Source: Nannocystis bainbridge (GTDB lineage: Bacteria; Myxococcota_A; Polyangia; Nannocystales; Nannocystaceae). Taken from it: a stretch of DNA of 64,000 bases. The stretch lies in NCBI RefSeq assembly GCF_028368995.1, contig NZ_JAQNDL010000001.1, positions 1,536,001 through 1,600,000 of the forward strand, read 5' to 3'. Shown in pieces: positions 46,568-58,529 of this stretch. The notes under the pieces are model-generated. The model did not search any database. It was not told the DNA's origin and saw only the letters and a program-made list of their open reading frames with translations. Made by a program: the position numbers and the translations under genes. Positions within the stretch are counted from its first letter, which is position 1. The number at the start of each line of letters is the position of its first letter.

Positions 46568-46903
46568 ATGGCGAAGAAGAAAGATTGTGAATGTCCCGCT
46601 CCGTCGGAGCTGCGCGTCTTCCGGCTCGGCGCCGAGATGGGAGATCACCTGAACTACGTGGTGCCGGCGGGAAAGGTGCTGATCATCAATGCGTGGATGA
46701 CCGGTATCATGAATTCGACCCTCGGCTACAAGATCCTGCGCAACAGCGAGGTCGTGGCGGAGCGTTCGCAGTACACGTCGTCGCAGGAGTCGGTCGCGCA
46801 GGTGTTCCCCACCGGGATCGCGTTCTTCGCGGGGGATACGTTCACCCTCGAGTCGTACTCCAGCAAGCCGACGTTCGCGTACGGGTACGAGCGCGACGCA
46901 TGA
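46568..46903 (+). CDS. Hypothetical protein
   Basis: Strong RBS AAGGAGG, complex sequence, somewhat lower GC; YVVPAGKVLII. Confidence 0.7.
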   Translation: MAKKKDCECPAPSELRVFRLGAEMGDHLNYVVPAGKVLIINAWMTGIMNSTLGYKILRNSEVVAERSQYTSSQESVAQVFPTGIAFFAGDTFTLESYSSKPTFAYGYERDA

Positions 46904-47750
46904 GGCGGCGATTCATCACAGTACGTGGCGGATGAACGCGAACGCGTCGAGCCGGGCCCGTGCTTGCGGGCCCGCGCTGCTCCGGCCGTCGTGGCTGGTC
47001 GAGGAGCCGTCGCCACGAGCGTCTCCTCGCCACGGCGGAGCTTCGGCGGCGGTGAACGGAGAGTCGCTCGCGCCGAGCCCCGGCTGCGACCCAGGCTCCC
47101 CGCCGAGTGTCCGGGCTCCGCTGGCAGGACAGCGGTCGGGCTACGAACCGGCTGTCGTCGCCGGCCGCCCACGCCCGAGGGCGCTCCCGGCGACTCCGCA
47201 CTGCCACGAACATCCCGCTCGCCCCGGCCGCGACGACCCGCGGCGCGCGGATGAATCGTCTCCGCCCGGGAAATACCCCGAGCGCCGGCATTGGTGAGTC
47301 CCTCGCGTCGCCGTCGGAGAGGGCCGGCGGCCTCGACCATACGCGCAGGAGCGCCGACGTCCGCGCCCAGGCCGACCCTCGCGTAAACCCTCGCGCGACC
47401 CGGCGCTCTCGCGTGAAGGATGCCGGGTCGCGGGATTGTCAAGGGTGAAAAAATATCGAGACCGAAGTTCACGAATCACACAACTACGGTCGCGGCCGCA
47501 CACCGCCGGGTCTGCAGACGAGCGGGATTTTGCGGGCCACACCGCAGCATTGGCGGGACCCCGCCGGGGCCCGCTGCTGGCCCGCCACGCCACGTTCGAG
47601 CGCAAACGACCCGAGGGGGCTACGAACCCCGATATCTTCAATGGAAGGACCGCGACGTTTTTGTCGCGGTGATCGGTGTCACCGGTGCGTGCGATTGTTG
47701 CGGACCGTGCAGCGCCGGCCATCGTAACATCCCCGCGGACGCATTCCCTC

Positions 47751-49946
47751 ATGCAAAAATACCATCTTGACCGTAACATCTCATTGCTCCTCGCCAACGT
47801 GCTCGTGATGACGCTGTCGGGATGCAACAATCCCTCGCAGAACGGCACCGACACCGACACCTCGACGGGGACCGAGACGGACGGCACGGACACCGACGCC
47901 ACCGACACCAATTCGACGCCGTCGACCCAGACCGACACGCTGCCGACGAGCACCGAGCCGACGACCACCGAGACGGTCACGACCACCCCGACGAGCACCG
48001 AGCCGACGACCGGGCCGTCGACCGACACCGACACCACCGACACCGACACCACCGACACCGACACCACCGGTGAGCCGGCGATCGAGGTCGTGCGGGTGTG
48101 GGCCACCGCCAACCCGCCGCTGCTCGAGCAGGACCGCATCGTCGCCCTGACGCCGGCGCTCGACGCCGCCACCGCGACCCTCACCGTCGCCGGCGACGTC
48201 GTCAGCATCCAGAGCGTCGCGGTCACCCAGCAGGGCCACGCGATCATCAGCTACGACGCCCCGGGCGCGACCGGCGGCGTCATCATCAAGACCGACCTCG
48301 CCGACAGCCCCGTCGACGGCCCGCTCGGCCTCGGCGACCGCGTCATCCGCGGCCCGGCGACCGGGCTGCAGACCCCGAAGGGCGTCGAGGTCGGTCCCAA
48401 CGCCACCTTCCTGGTCGCCGACACCACCGCCGCCTCGATCAAGATCTTCGAGTTCGCCGCTGACGGCGACATCGCCCCGATCGTCGAGATCACCGACCTC
48501 GGCAGCTCCGAGGCCATCTGGGACGTGCACTACATCGGCGGCAACACCGACACGCTGTACGCCGCCGGCACCAACGGCGAGGTCCAGGTCTACGAGGACT
48601 TCACCAACGCGATGGGCCAGGCCGGACCGGACCGCACGATCGTGCCGGTCGAGGGCGGCAACAAGGTCTCCGTCAACCTGCACGGCATCACCGTCGTCGG
48701 CAACAACCTGTTCCTCAGCGACGTCGGCGACCCGATGGAGGCGACCGACGGCCAGCTGTTCCGCATCGAGGACCCGGCCAACGCCGAGGGCGACGTCGAG
48801 GTGACGCAGCGCATCCAGGGCGGCGACCTCGGCAACCCGGTCGACCTCGAGGTCGGCGGCAATCCGAGCACCCTGTGGGTGGTCGAGAAGTCCAACGACA
48901 AGCTGCTGCGCTACCGGCCGCCGCTCCTCGGTCAGGACTTCGAGCTCGTCGACAGCATCGAGGTCATCAAGCCCGAGTCGGTCGCGCTGGCCACCAACAA
49001 CCGCCTGATCCTCACCCGCAACCCGACCGGCCTCGACGGCGACGGCGTGCTCGAGGTCGAGGTCCCGCTCATCGGCGCCCCGGCGATCACCGCCACCATC
49101 GACCGCCTCGGCTCGATCACCTCGATCCAGAGCCTGGCCCTCCACAGCGGCGGCGACGGCTTCGTCGGCTTCGACGGCACCCCGGCCTCCGACGGCGCCG
49201 GCGTGTTCTCGGCCCCGGCCCTCGCGCAGGCTGAGGACGGCGCCACGGTCGACGCCATCGCCACGCGGATCTGGGGCTCTGCCACCGGCCTCGTCGCGCC
49301 CAAGGGCATGACGCTGAACGCCGCGGGCGACCGCCTGTTCGTCGCCGACCTCGGTGACTCGACCATCAAGGTGTTCGACGCCGCCACCTTCGGCGACGCC
49401 GAGCCGCTGTTCCAGTTCGCCGAGCTCGGCGGCGGCGCGGTGTGGGACATCGACTACGACGACGAGAACGACCGCCTGTTCGCCGCCGGCGTCGACGGCA
49501 CCGTGCGGGTGTTCGACGCCGCCCTGACCGACGAGGGCACCAACGGCCCCGCGCGCACCTTCACGCCGGCCGACGACCAGGAGCAGGTCATCGGCGTCAA
49601 CCTCCACGGCATCCAGTACGACCCGATCAGCAAGACCTTGATCCTCACCGATGTCGGTGACGCGATGTCCGACACCGACGGCGCCATCTTCCTGATCGCC
49701 GACGCCGACACCGCCGAGGGCAACGTCGTCGTCGCCGCCAGCATCTCGGGCGACCAGACCCACCTCGGCAACCCGGTCGACCTCGCCTTCGACGGCACGC
49801 ACCTCTACGTGGCCGAGAAGGCCCAGTCGCGGGTGCTCCGCTACAGCGACATCCTCGGCTTCACCGGCGCCAACAACGTCGAAGAGGACGCGTTCATCGA
49901 GGTGACCAACGCCGAGTCGGTCCGCCTCGAGTTCGGCACGCCCTGA
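47751..49946 (+). CDS. Large lipoprotein with duplicated NHL-type beta-propeller modules
   Basis: Lipobox LSGC; Thr/Asp linker; two copies of TGL..PKG / WD..Y / VNLHGI / DVGD.M..TDG / LGNPVDL. Confidence 0.85.
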   Translation: MQKYHLDRNISLLLANVLVMTLSGCNNPSQNGTDTDTSTGTETDGTDTDATDTNSTPSTQTDTLPTSTEPTTTETVTTTPTSTEPTTGPSTDTDTTDTDTTDTDTTGEPAIEVVRVWATANPPLLEQDRIVALTPALDAATATLTVAGDVVSIQSVAVTQQGHAIISYDAPGATGGVIIKTDLADSPVDGPLGLGDRVIRGPATGLQTPKGVEVGPNATFLVADTTAASIKIFEFAADGDIAPIVEITDLGSSEAIWDVHYIGGNTDTLYAAGTNGEVQVYEDFTNAMGQAGPDRTIVPVEGGNKVSVNLHGITVVGNNLFLSDVGDPMEATDGQLFRIEDPANAEGDVEVTQRIQGGDLGNPVDLEVGGNPSTLWVVEKSNDKLLRYRPPLLGQDFELVDSIEVIKPESVALATNNRLILTRNPTGLDGDGVLEVEVPLIGAPAITATIDRLGSITSIQSLALHSGGDGFVGFDGTPASDGAGVFSAPALAQAEDGATVDAIATRIWGSATGLVAPKGMTLNAAGDRLFVADLGDSTIKVFDAATFGDAEPLFQFAELGGGAVWDIDYDDENDRLFAAGVDGTVRVFDAALTDEGTNGPARTFTPADDQEQVIGVNLHGIQYDPISKTLILTDVGDAMSDTDGAIFLIADADTAEGNVVVAASISGDQTHLGNPVDLAFDGTHLYVAEKAQSRVLRYSDILGFTGANNVEEDAFIEVTNAESVRLEFGTP

Positions 49947-50042
49947 ACCATCCCCGCTGACCCGCGGCGCCAGCCCGCCGCGGGCCGAAGCGCCGACCCG
50001 CGGCTGTCCGCGCGTCGGCGCTTTTCATGTGCGCCAATCACC

Positions 50043-51113
50043 TCACTGCGGCCGCTTGCGCCACACCTGCGGTGAATGGCCGGTCCAGCGCTTGAATGCG
50101 CGGTGGAACGCGCTCGGCTCGGAGAACCCCAGCAGATAGGCGACCTCGGAGATCGCCAGGCGGCGGTCGCCGAGGTAGCCGAGGGCCAGCTCGCAGCGCA
50201 GCTCGGCCAGCTGATCGCGGAAGCTGGTGCCCTCGGCCTGCAGCTGGCGGTTCAGCGTGCGCACCCCGATCGCCAGGCGGCGGGCGACCTGCTCGCAGGT
50301 CGGCACCCCGCCGCGCAGCTCCTGGCTCAGCGCCTGGCGCACCTGCGCCGTCAGGCCGGTGGCCGCGCGCTGGCGGGCCAGCACCTCGCTGGCGGCCCGC
50401 TCGAGCACGACCCGCAGGCGGGCGTCGGCGCCCGGCTGGCGCAGCTCGAGCGTCGCCCGCGTGAATCGCAGCACCGTCGCGTCGGCGCCGAAGCGCAGCG
50501 GGCAGGCGAACACGCGCCGGTACTCGCTCACGTGGGCCGGCTCGGGGTAGCCCAGGCGCATCTCGCTCGGGGCGAACCGCACCTGCGTGGTGACGCGAAA
50601 GCGCGTGAGCATGCAGGCGAGCGTGAACTCGATGGAGTACGGCGCGGCCGGCCCGAAGCTCGGCGGCAATTCGAGGCGCAGGCGGCCCTCGTCGGCGTCA
50701 GCCTCGAATTGCAGGCGAAAGTCGGCGCGCACGATGCGGAAGTAGCGGGCCAGCGCCGCGAGCCCCTCGCCGAGGGTCGGCGCCGCCCCGGCCACGTAGT
50801 CGACGACGTCGAAGTGCCCGAACGGGATGGCCTCGGCGGCGTGCAGCGCCAGCGCCGGGTCGCCGCTGCGCTGCAGCGCCTCGCGCCACAGCGTCGCGCG
50901 CACGGCCGGCCCCAGCCGCAGGTCGGCGTCGTCGGCCGCGCGCCGGTCGATGCCCACGTCGGCCAGCAATGCCTCGACGTCGACCCCGGCCAGCGCCGCG
51001 CCGACCAGCGGCGGACACACGGCGATGTTGAGCGGCACCTCGAAGGTCGGCGCCAGGGCGCGCAGGGCCGCCGGTTTGTCGGGAAGGGTCAATTCTTTGA
51101 CGCCGACGGTCAT
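50043..51113 (-). CDS. AraC family transcriptional regulator (OruR-like)
   Basis: RTLNRQLQAEGTSF..., ISEVAYLLGFSEPSAFHRAFKRWTG. Confidence 0.93.
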   Translation of the reverse strand: MTVGVKELTLPDKPAALRALAPTFEVPLNIAVCPPLVGAALAGVDVEALLADVGIDRRAADDADLRLGPAVRATLWREALQRSGDPALALHAAEAIPFGHFDVVDYVAGAAPTLGEGLAALARYFRIVRADFRLQFEADADEGRLRLELPPSFGPAAPYSIEFTLACMLTRFRVTTQVRFAPSEMRLGYPEPAHVSEYRRVFACPLRFGADATVLRFTRATLELRQPGADARLRVVLERAASEVLARQRAATGLTAQVRQALSQELRGGVPTCEQVARRLAIGVRTLNRQLQAEGTSFRDQLAELRCELALGYLGDRRLAISEVAYLLGFSEPSAFHRAFKRWTGHSPQVWRKRPQ

Positions 51114-51147
51114 CGAACGCTGGGCCGCGCCCGCCTACCGTAACAGC

Positions 51148-51579
51148 ATGTCCAGGACCCATCCAGCCGAGCACCGGCCGCCCCGAGGCGCGCGCGCGTT
51201 CACCCTGGCGTTATCGCTCGCGGCCGCGGCTTGCAGCGTCGCCGACGCCCGCCCGCAGCCCGAGCCGGCCCCCGTGGCCCCGCAGCCCGTCGCGCCCCGC
51301 GAAAACCCGCTCGTCGGCCCCGAGTTCGTCAAGGGCCAGCAGACGCTCGCCGGTCGGATCGAGGAGCGGCTGGTCGCCGGCTCCTACGTCTATCTGGCGA
51401 TCCGCGGCCAGGACGGCGCCACGCAGTGGGCCGCCGTCCTCGGCGCCGCGCCGGCCGTCGGCAGCGACGTCGCGCTCGTCAGCGTCGGCCGCCGCAGCGA
51501 TTTCCATTCACCCCGGCTGCAGCGCGATTTCCCCGTCCTCCACTTCGCGGTCGTCCCCGAACCTCCCGCCTCGCATTGA
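51148..51579 (+). CDS. Small lipoprotein (OB-fold-like beta domain)
   Basis: Lipobox AAAC; GRIEERLVAGSYVYL..WAAV..FHSPRLQRDF. Confidence 0.7.
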   Translation: MSRTHPAEHRPPRGARAFTLALSLAAAACSVADARPQPEPAPVAPQPVAPRENPLVGPEFVKGQQTLAGRIEERLVAGSYVYLAIRGQDGATQWAAVLGAAPAVGSDVALVSVGRRSDFHSPRLQRDFPVLHFAVVPEPPASH

Positions 51580-51595
51580 AATCAGGAGCCTCCTC

Positions 51596-52174
51596 ATGTC
51601 GATCTTTACCCATACTCCCTGCATCGCCCTCGCCCTCACCCTCGCCGCCTGCGCCAGCGAGCCCGCCGGGGACAGCACCACCGATTCCCCTGACACCGGC
51701 ACCGACACCGATGATTCGACCGGCACCGGCGAACCGGCGTGCGTCGAGGACGACCTCATGCCCAGCCCGTTCGCCGGCCCCGGCTTCGACCCCGACAAGG
51801 GCGGCCTGCAGGAGCCGCTGCAGGACAGCTACGTGGCCAGCACCACCGTGCTGGTGCTCCGCCCGGAGAAGGCCCAGGAATTCGTCGAGACCGTGACCGC
51901 GATGATCCCGGTGCTGCTGGCCAACCCTGGCCTCGTCGGCTTCTCGACCGCGCAATCGATGAAGTGCGGCACGGCGCGGACCCTGGCGGTGTGGCGCGAC
52001 GACGCGGCGATGATGAACTTCGTCGTCTCGGACGAGCACGTGGCCGGCATGACGCGCACGAGCGAGTTCAGCACCACCGGCACTGTCACCTCGTGGAAGG
52101 TCACACGCGCCGAGCTGCCGATCGCCTGGGACGTCGCCATGACCCGGGCCAGCGAAGCGACGCCCTCGTATTGA
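51596..52174 (+). CDS. Lipoprotein with a dimeric alpha/beta-barrel (ABM/DUF3291-like) domain
   Basis: RBS AGGAG; lipobox LAAC; PGLVGFS, TLAVWRDDAAMMNFVVSDEH..M. Confidence 0.7.
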   Translation: MSIFTHTPCIALALTLAACASEPAGDSTTDSPDTGTDTDDSTGTGEPACVEDDLMPSPFAGPGFDPDKGGLQEPLQDSYVASTTVLVLRPEKAQEFVETVTAMIPVLLANPGLVGFSTAQSMKCGTARTLAVWRDDAAMMNFVVSDEHVAGMTRTSEFSTTGTVTSWKVTRAELPIAWDVAMTRASEATPSY

Positions 52175-52426
52175 TGGCAGACGCGCGCGCCCGAGGTCGT
52201 CGATTCACGCCCCATCGTGCCGCGGCATCGAGGTCGAGCCATCATGCGCGCCGCCTCGTCCCCGTGATCGAGGCGGCCTTCGACTCCACGACGTCGCTCG
52301 CCTCGCGTCCGCGCGCCCGCCGCGAGCGCGCATGCCGGCTCTCTCGCGGGCGCCATGGACCGCTGGATCGCCGACCGCCTCGCCGCGCGGGTCTCCGCGC
52401 CCGCGCGTGATACGTTCCCGCCCATC

Positions 52427-53512
52427 ATGCGCGCGCTCGCCCTCGCCTCCGCGCTGCTGCTGCCCGCGTGCGCCGGCCGCTACCCGGACGCGCACGACCG
52501 CGTGCGCGAGCTGACCGGGGCCGCCGAGCCGCCCGCCTGGCCGCGCGACTGCCTGGTCGCCAACCACGTCCACACCCTCGTCTCCGACCGCTACAGCCAC
52601 GACCCGACCGCCGCCAACGAGCCCCGGGCCTACGACCCCGCCGGTCTGCGCGCCGCCATCGCCCTGTTCGCGCGCGACGGCGTCGGCGCCATCGTCGTCA
52701 CCGATCACAACAGCCCCCACGCCGGCTTCGACCCGGCCGTGGCCACCGCGCCGCTGACCGTGATCCCCGGCATGGAGTGGACCACCCGCCGCGGCCACGC
52801 CCTGCAGATCGGCCTGCGCCTGGACCGGCCGGCCGACGCGATCCTGCCGCCGCGCTGGCGCGACCGCGTCGTCGCCGAAGATTTCCGCCGCATGGTCGAG
52901 GCCACCCATTCGCACGGCGGCCTCGTGATCATCGCCCACCCGCGGGTCCCGTTCCGCACCTGGCCCGACGACACCTTCGGGGCCGACGGCGTCGAGATCT
53001 GGGGCCTCGACAGTGTGGTGATTCGCAACCGCCAGGCGGTGCGCTGGTGGCACGATCGGCTGATCCGCGGCGAGCGGCTCATCGCCGTCGCCGGCACCGA
53101 CCTGCATCCCGGCGCCTGGTTGCGAGATCACCGGAGGCCGCTCAATCGGGTCACCGCGGCCACCTGCGGCGCCGACGACGTGCTCGCCGGCCTGCGCTCC
53201 GGGCACGTCCTGCTGGTCGACGATGGCGCGGCGCCGCGCGTAGTGCTCGCGGTCGACGGCGAGGCGCGGCCGGGCGACACTCTCCCCCTCGAGGGCCGCG
53301 GCGAGATCGATCTGCAGCTACGCGTGCTCGCCGGCAAAGGGGCCCGGGTCCGCCTGCTGGGCCCGGCGGGCGAGCTGTTCGCCCGCACCGTCGCGGGGCC
53401 CGACGAGACGGTGCGACTGCGGCTGCGCGTGCGCCCGGGCGAGTTCGTGCGGGCCGAGCTGCACCGCCGGCGCAAGCCGCTCGCGCTGACCAACCCGGTG
53501 TATTTCCGCTGA
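52427..53512 (+). CDS. PHP-domain (CehA/McbA-like) metallohydrolase lipoprotein
   Basis: HVHT..SD, VTDHN, PGMEW..GH, IAHP, GTDLH, LTNPVY. Confidence 0.88.
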   Translation: MRALALASALLLPACAGRYPDAHDRVRELTGAAEPPAWPRDCLVANHVHTLVSDRYSHDPTAANEPRAYDPAGLRAAIALFARDGVGAIVVTDHNSPHAGFDPAVATAPLTVIPGMEWTTRRGHALQIGLRLDRPADAILPPRWRDRVVAEDFRRMVEATHSHGGLVIIAHPRVPFRTWPDDTFGADGVEIWGLDSVVIRNRQAVRWWHDRLIRGERLIAVAGTDLHPGAWLRDHRRPLNRVTAATCGADDVLAGLRSGHVLLVDDGAAPRVVLAVDGEARPGDTLPLEGRGEIDLQLRVLAGKGARVRLLGPAGELFARTVAGPDETVRLRLRVRPGEFVRAELHRRRKPLALTNPVYFR

Positions 53513-53647
53513 CCGGACGACCCTCGCCGCATCGGCGACCGGCGTGGCGAGCTGCACGCCCCGCCGCGTCGGGGTGGTCGAGAAGGCCGACGGCCTGTTC
53601 GCGCTCGCGCGCCTCGGCGACGGCGCGGGCCAGCAGGTCCACGAGAG

Positions 53648-53711
53648 GACATGTCCTGGAGGGCATGCTCTTTCGGTCATGCCCTTTAGGACATGCCCCC
53701 GAGGACATGCC
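53648..53711. repeat. TGTC-N6-GACA-type array (5 cores)
   Basis: CATG at 53650, 53664, 53678, 53692, 53706 (exact 14-bp period), ending at the ligase stop codon. Confidence 0.92.
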
Positions 53712-55268
<1,557 letters not shown>

Positions 55269-55569
55269 CGCCCGCATCGTACCAGGCGCGGCCGCCCGCT
55301 GCTGGCCGCCCGCCGCGGCCCCGACGGCCCGATCCACCCATCGCCGCCGACGCTGCGTCACCCGCGACCAGCGGCGCCTCGCGCGGCGATCCCACCTCGG
55401 CCGGACGGGCGCCGCGGCTCCTACGATTCGCCGCGCTCTCGCCAATGCCCGGCGGCCGCGAATGCGCATAGCGGCCCGATTGGCGGCCCGCGGGGCCTCC
55501 CTGCCCCCTTCCCTCCCGCGTGAACTCGCTCACCCGGGCCGGGCGCGCGCGTGTGCGAGACTGCGGCGA

Positions 55570-56511
55570 ATGACCGCGAGGGCCCCCTTCGCCACCTTCG
55601 ACCGCGACGCGTGGGCCCGGCTGCGCGAGCAGACCCCGCTGACGCTCGGCGAGGCCGACCTCGACGCGCTGCGAGGCATCAACGAGCGGCTGTCGCTGGT
55701 CGAGGTGCAGGAGATCTGGCTGCCGGTCACGCGCCTCCTCAACCTCCGCTTCGCCGCCTTACGCGAGCTCGGGCGCGTCACCCAGACCTTCCTCGGCCGC
55801 ACCGGCCCGGGCCTCGCCTCGCCGTTCATCCTCGGCCTCGCGGGCAGCGTCGCCGTCGGCAAGAGCACCGCCGGGCGCGTGCTGCAGACCATCCTCTCGC
55901 GCTGGCCCGAGCACCCGCGCGTCGACCTCGTCACCACCGACGGCTTCCTGTTCCCCAACGCCCAGCTCGAGGCGCGCGGGATCCTCGGGCGGAAGGGCTT
56001 CCCCGAGAGCTACGACCTGCGCCAGCTGATGCGCTTCGTCGCCGACGTGCGCGAGGGCGCCGAAGACGTCTCGGCCCCCGTCTACTCGCACCTCATCTAC
56101 GACATCGTCCCCGACGAGCGGCAGCACGTGCGCCGGCCCGACATCCTCATCCTCGAGGGCCTCAACGTGCTGCAGCGCGGCGCGCACGCGACCGGCCGCA
56201 AGGGCGTCTACATCTCCGACTACTTCGACTTCTCGATCTACGTCGACGCCGACGAGGCCGCGATCCGCGAGTGGTTCTTCCAGCGGTTCCGTCGCCTGCG
56301 CGAGACCGCCTTCCGCGACCCGCACTCGTACTTCCACAAGTACGCCAGCATGCCCGAGGCCACCGCCATGCAGCTCGCGCACACGGTGTGGGACACCATC
56401 AACGGCGTCAACCTGCGGCAGAACATCGCCCCGACCCGCGAGCGCGCCGACCTCATCCTCGAGAAGGCCGCCGACCACTCGGTCCAGCGCGTCCGCCTGC
56501 GCGCCGGCTGA
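55570..56511 (+). CDS. coaA: Type I pantothenate kinase
   Basis: [50 protein letters not shown]. Confidence 0.96.
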   Translation: MTARAPFATFDRDAWARLREQTPLTLGEADLDALRGINERLSLVEVQEIWLPVTRLLNLRFAALRELGRVTQTFLGRTGPGLASPFILGLAGSVAVGKSTAGRVLQTILSRWPEHPRVDLVTTDGFLFPNAQLEARGILGRKGFPESYDLRQLMRFVADVREGAEDVSAPVYSHLIYDIVPDERQHVRRPDILILEGLNVLQRGAHATGRKGVYISDYFDFSIYVDADEAAIREWFFQRFRRLRETAFRDPHSYFHKYASMPEATAMQLAHTVWDTINGVNLRQNIAPTRERADLILEKAADHSVQRVRLRAG

Positions 56512-56683
56512 AGGCCGCGAGGGCGAGCATCGGCGCTCGCGCGACGACCTCCGCGGCGATCACCCGCGCGACGGAGTGCGCGGGCGAACTCGAGCCATCG
56601 CCGATCTCGCCGCGCTATCGGGACGGGCGACGCCCGGATCCTGGACAGCACATCGCCTCCCGAGGTACGGCTGGCGCTCCGTC

Positions 56684-57373
56684 ATGACCGGCCTCCTCAT
56701 CAGCCCGGGCGCCGTCAGCGTGCATTTCTCGGGCGCCTCGGACCACGATCTCGAGCGCGGCTTCGCCGGGCTGAAGGCGCTGGCGCGGCGGCTGCATCTG
56801 CGGCGCCTCGTCTGCTGGGATACCGACGGCCGCACCGACACCACCGAGTGCCACCAGGGCTCCGCGCTGTTCGACGGCCCGCTCGAGCTCGAATTTCCCC
56901 GCCTCGTCGGCGTCTCCGCCGACTACGCGCTGCCCGACAGCGACGCTCTCGCCCGCCTGCTCGTCACCCGCGCCGACGCGGGCCTGGCCGTCAGCGGCGG
57001 GTTCCCGCCGTTCGAGGCCGACCTGGAGTTCGCCGATCCGCAGCGGACGCGCGGCCATGCCTGCCTCGAATTCGTGCTCGCCGCCGCCGACGCGCTCGAC
57101 GCCCGGATCGCCGTGTTCGTCAGCGGCACCGGCGACGCCATGCCCTCGGCGACCGAGTCCGACGCGCGGGTCCGCCTCGTCGCCCTGCCGGCGGCGCAGA
57201 TCGACGAGGCCACGCGCGAGCGCCTGCGCAGCGCCGGTGCCATCGTCGACGCACCTGACGAGCGCGCCGTCGCCGTGTGGCTGCTCGGCGAGCGCTCGTT
57301 CGCCCCGGGCCGGGCCCCGACCGAGGAATTGCTGCGACATGTCGAGCGGCTGCTCCGCGGCCCTGCGCGCTGA
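56684..57373 (+). CDS. Hypothetical protein
   Basis: GC3-biased open frame filling the gap; no family recognised. Confidence 0.55.
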   Translation: MTGLLISPGAVSVHFSGASDHDLERGFAGLKALARRLHLRRLVCWDTDGRTDTTECHQGSALFDGPLELEFPRLVGVSADYALPDSDALARLLVTRADAGLAVSGGFPPFEADLEFADPQRTRGHACLEFVLAAADALDARIAVFVSGTGDAMPSATESDARVRLVALPAAQIDEATRERLRSAGAIVDAPDERAVAVWLLGERSFAPGRAPTEELLRHVERLLRGPAR

Positions 57374-57764
57374 TCCCCGCCAATCACCACAGTCCGTCAC
57401 TACGGTCGCTCGCCAGGCGACCGGCGGTCGCCACGAACACTCACCGTCACGCGATCATCCTCCGATCGCGCGCCATCGACCCGAACTCCTCGCGCCGGAT
57501 CGCCTCGCTACGCCTCCGGTCACGCAGCGCCCTCACTACGCAGCTCGAGCGCGCCGTCGCAAAAGCGCGCACAAAGGCTCGCCGGACCGAGAAATTCGCG
57601 TGGGCCGGCGTGCTCAGCAGGACGGCCCACGCTCGCGGCACCGCCATTCTCGCGGCGCGATGCCGGATCGCCGCTACCTCGACGCCACGCGTGCAGGCAG
57701 CCCTCATGGGGCCCTCCGAGGCTCGCCGATCGCGGGGCTCGGCGGCCCGGTGATACGGTTCGCC

Positions 57765-58412
57765 ATGCTCCGCCGATCGTCGCTCTTGCTGGTCCTCACC
57801 GCCGCGGCCTGCTTCTCCGACAATGGGCTGTCGACCAACAGCGGCGTCAGCGTGAGCACTGCCGGCACGACCGCGACCGGCACCGACGCGACAGGCACCG
57901 ACGCGACCTCGAGCTCGACCTCGGACGCGCCGGTGACGACCTCGGCGGCGACGACGACCACCACCACCTCCGCCACCACTGCGCCGGCGACCACCGACGA
58001 GCTGACCTCGGACGCGCTGACCACCGGCGCCACGACTTCGAGCACGAGCGAGCCCGGCACCACCACCGGACCGGACACCGGCGAGGCCACCACCGACGCC
58101 GGCCCCTACGCCGCCTGCGCCGCCGCGGCGACCAACTACGAGTGCTTCGCCTGCTGTCAGGTCAACCACGGCGACTGGGAGGTGTTCCGCGGGACCGTCG
58201 CCGGGTGCGTCTGCGAGGACATCAATCACCAGTGCTACCCCGGCTGCGCCGGCCCGCTGTGCAACAGCGACGAGCTCGAGCAGTCGTGCTTCGGCTGCTT
58301 CCCCGCCGACGACGCCTGCATCGCGGCGGGGCTCACCGAGTGCGTGACGATCGCCGAGTGCGCCGCCTTCGCCAGCTGCCTCGAGGGCGCGGCCTGCAGC
58401 GCCAAGGGTTGA
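57765..58412 (+). CDS. Thr-rich/Cys-rich lipoprotein
   Basis: Lipobox TAAAC; Thr linker; C-terminal domain with about 16 Cys. Confidence 0.8.
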   Translation: MLRRSSLLLVLTAAACFSDNGLSTNSGVSVSTAGTTATGTDATGTDATSSSTSDAPVTTSAATTTTTTSATTAPATTDELTSDALTTGATTSSTSEPGTTTGPDTGEATTDAGPYAACAAAATNYECFACCQVNHGDWEVFRGTVAGCVCEDINHQCYPGCAGPLCNSDELEQSCFGCFPADDACIAAGLTECVTIAECAAFASCLEGAACSAKG

Positions 58413-58529
58413 GCGGAGTCGCCGCGCCCGCGCTCACCGATCCCCTCGTCGCTGCCGGTTCAGGACCCTCCCCGGCGCGCCGTCGCCTTGCATCGCTCCC
58501 GGCCGCCGGCGGGAGTATCCTCGACCTCC

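Noticed and set aside
53648-53711. Arrays as a mini-CRISPR
   Set aside because: Cores are 8 bp with 6-bp spacers, far too short, and there are no cas genes.
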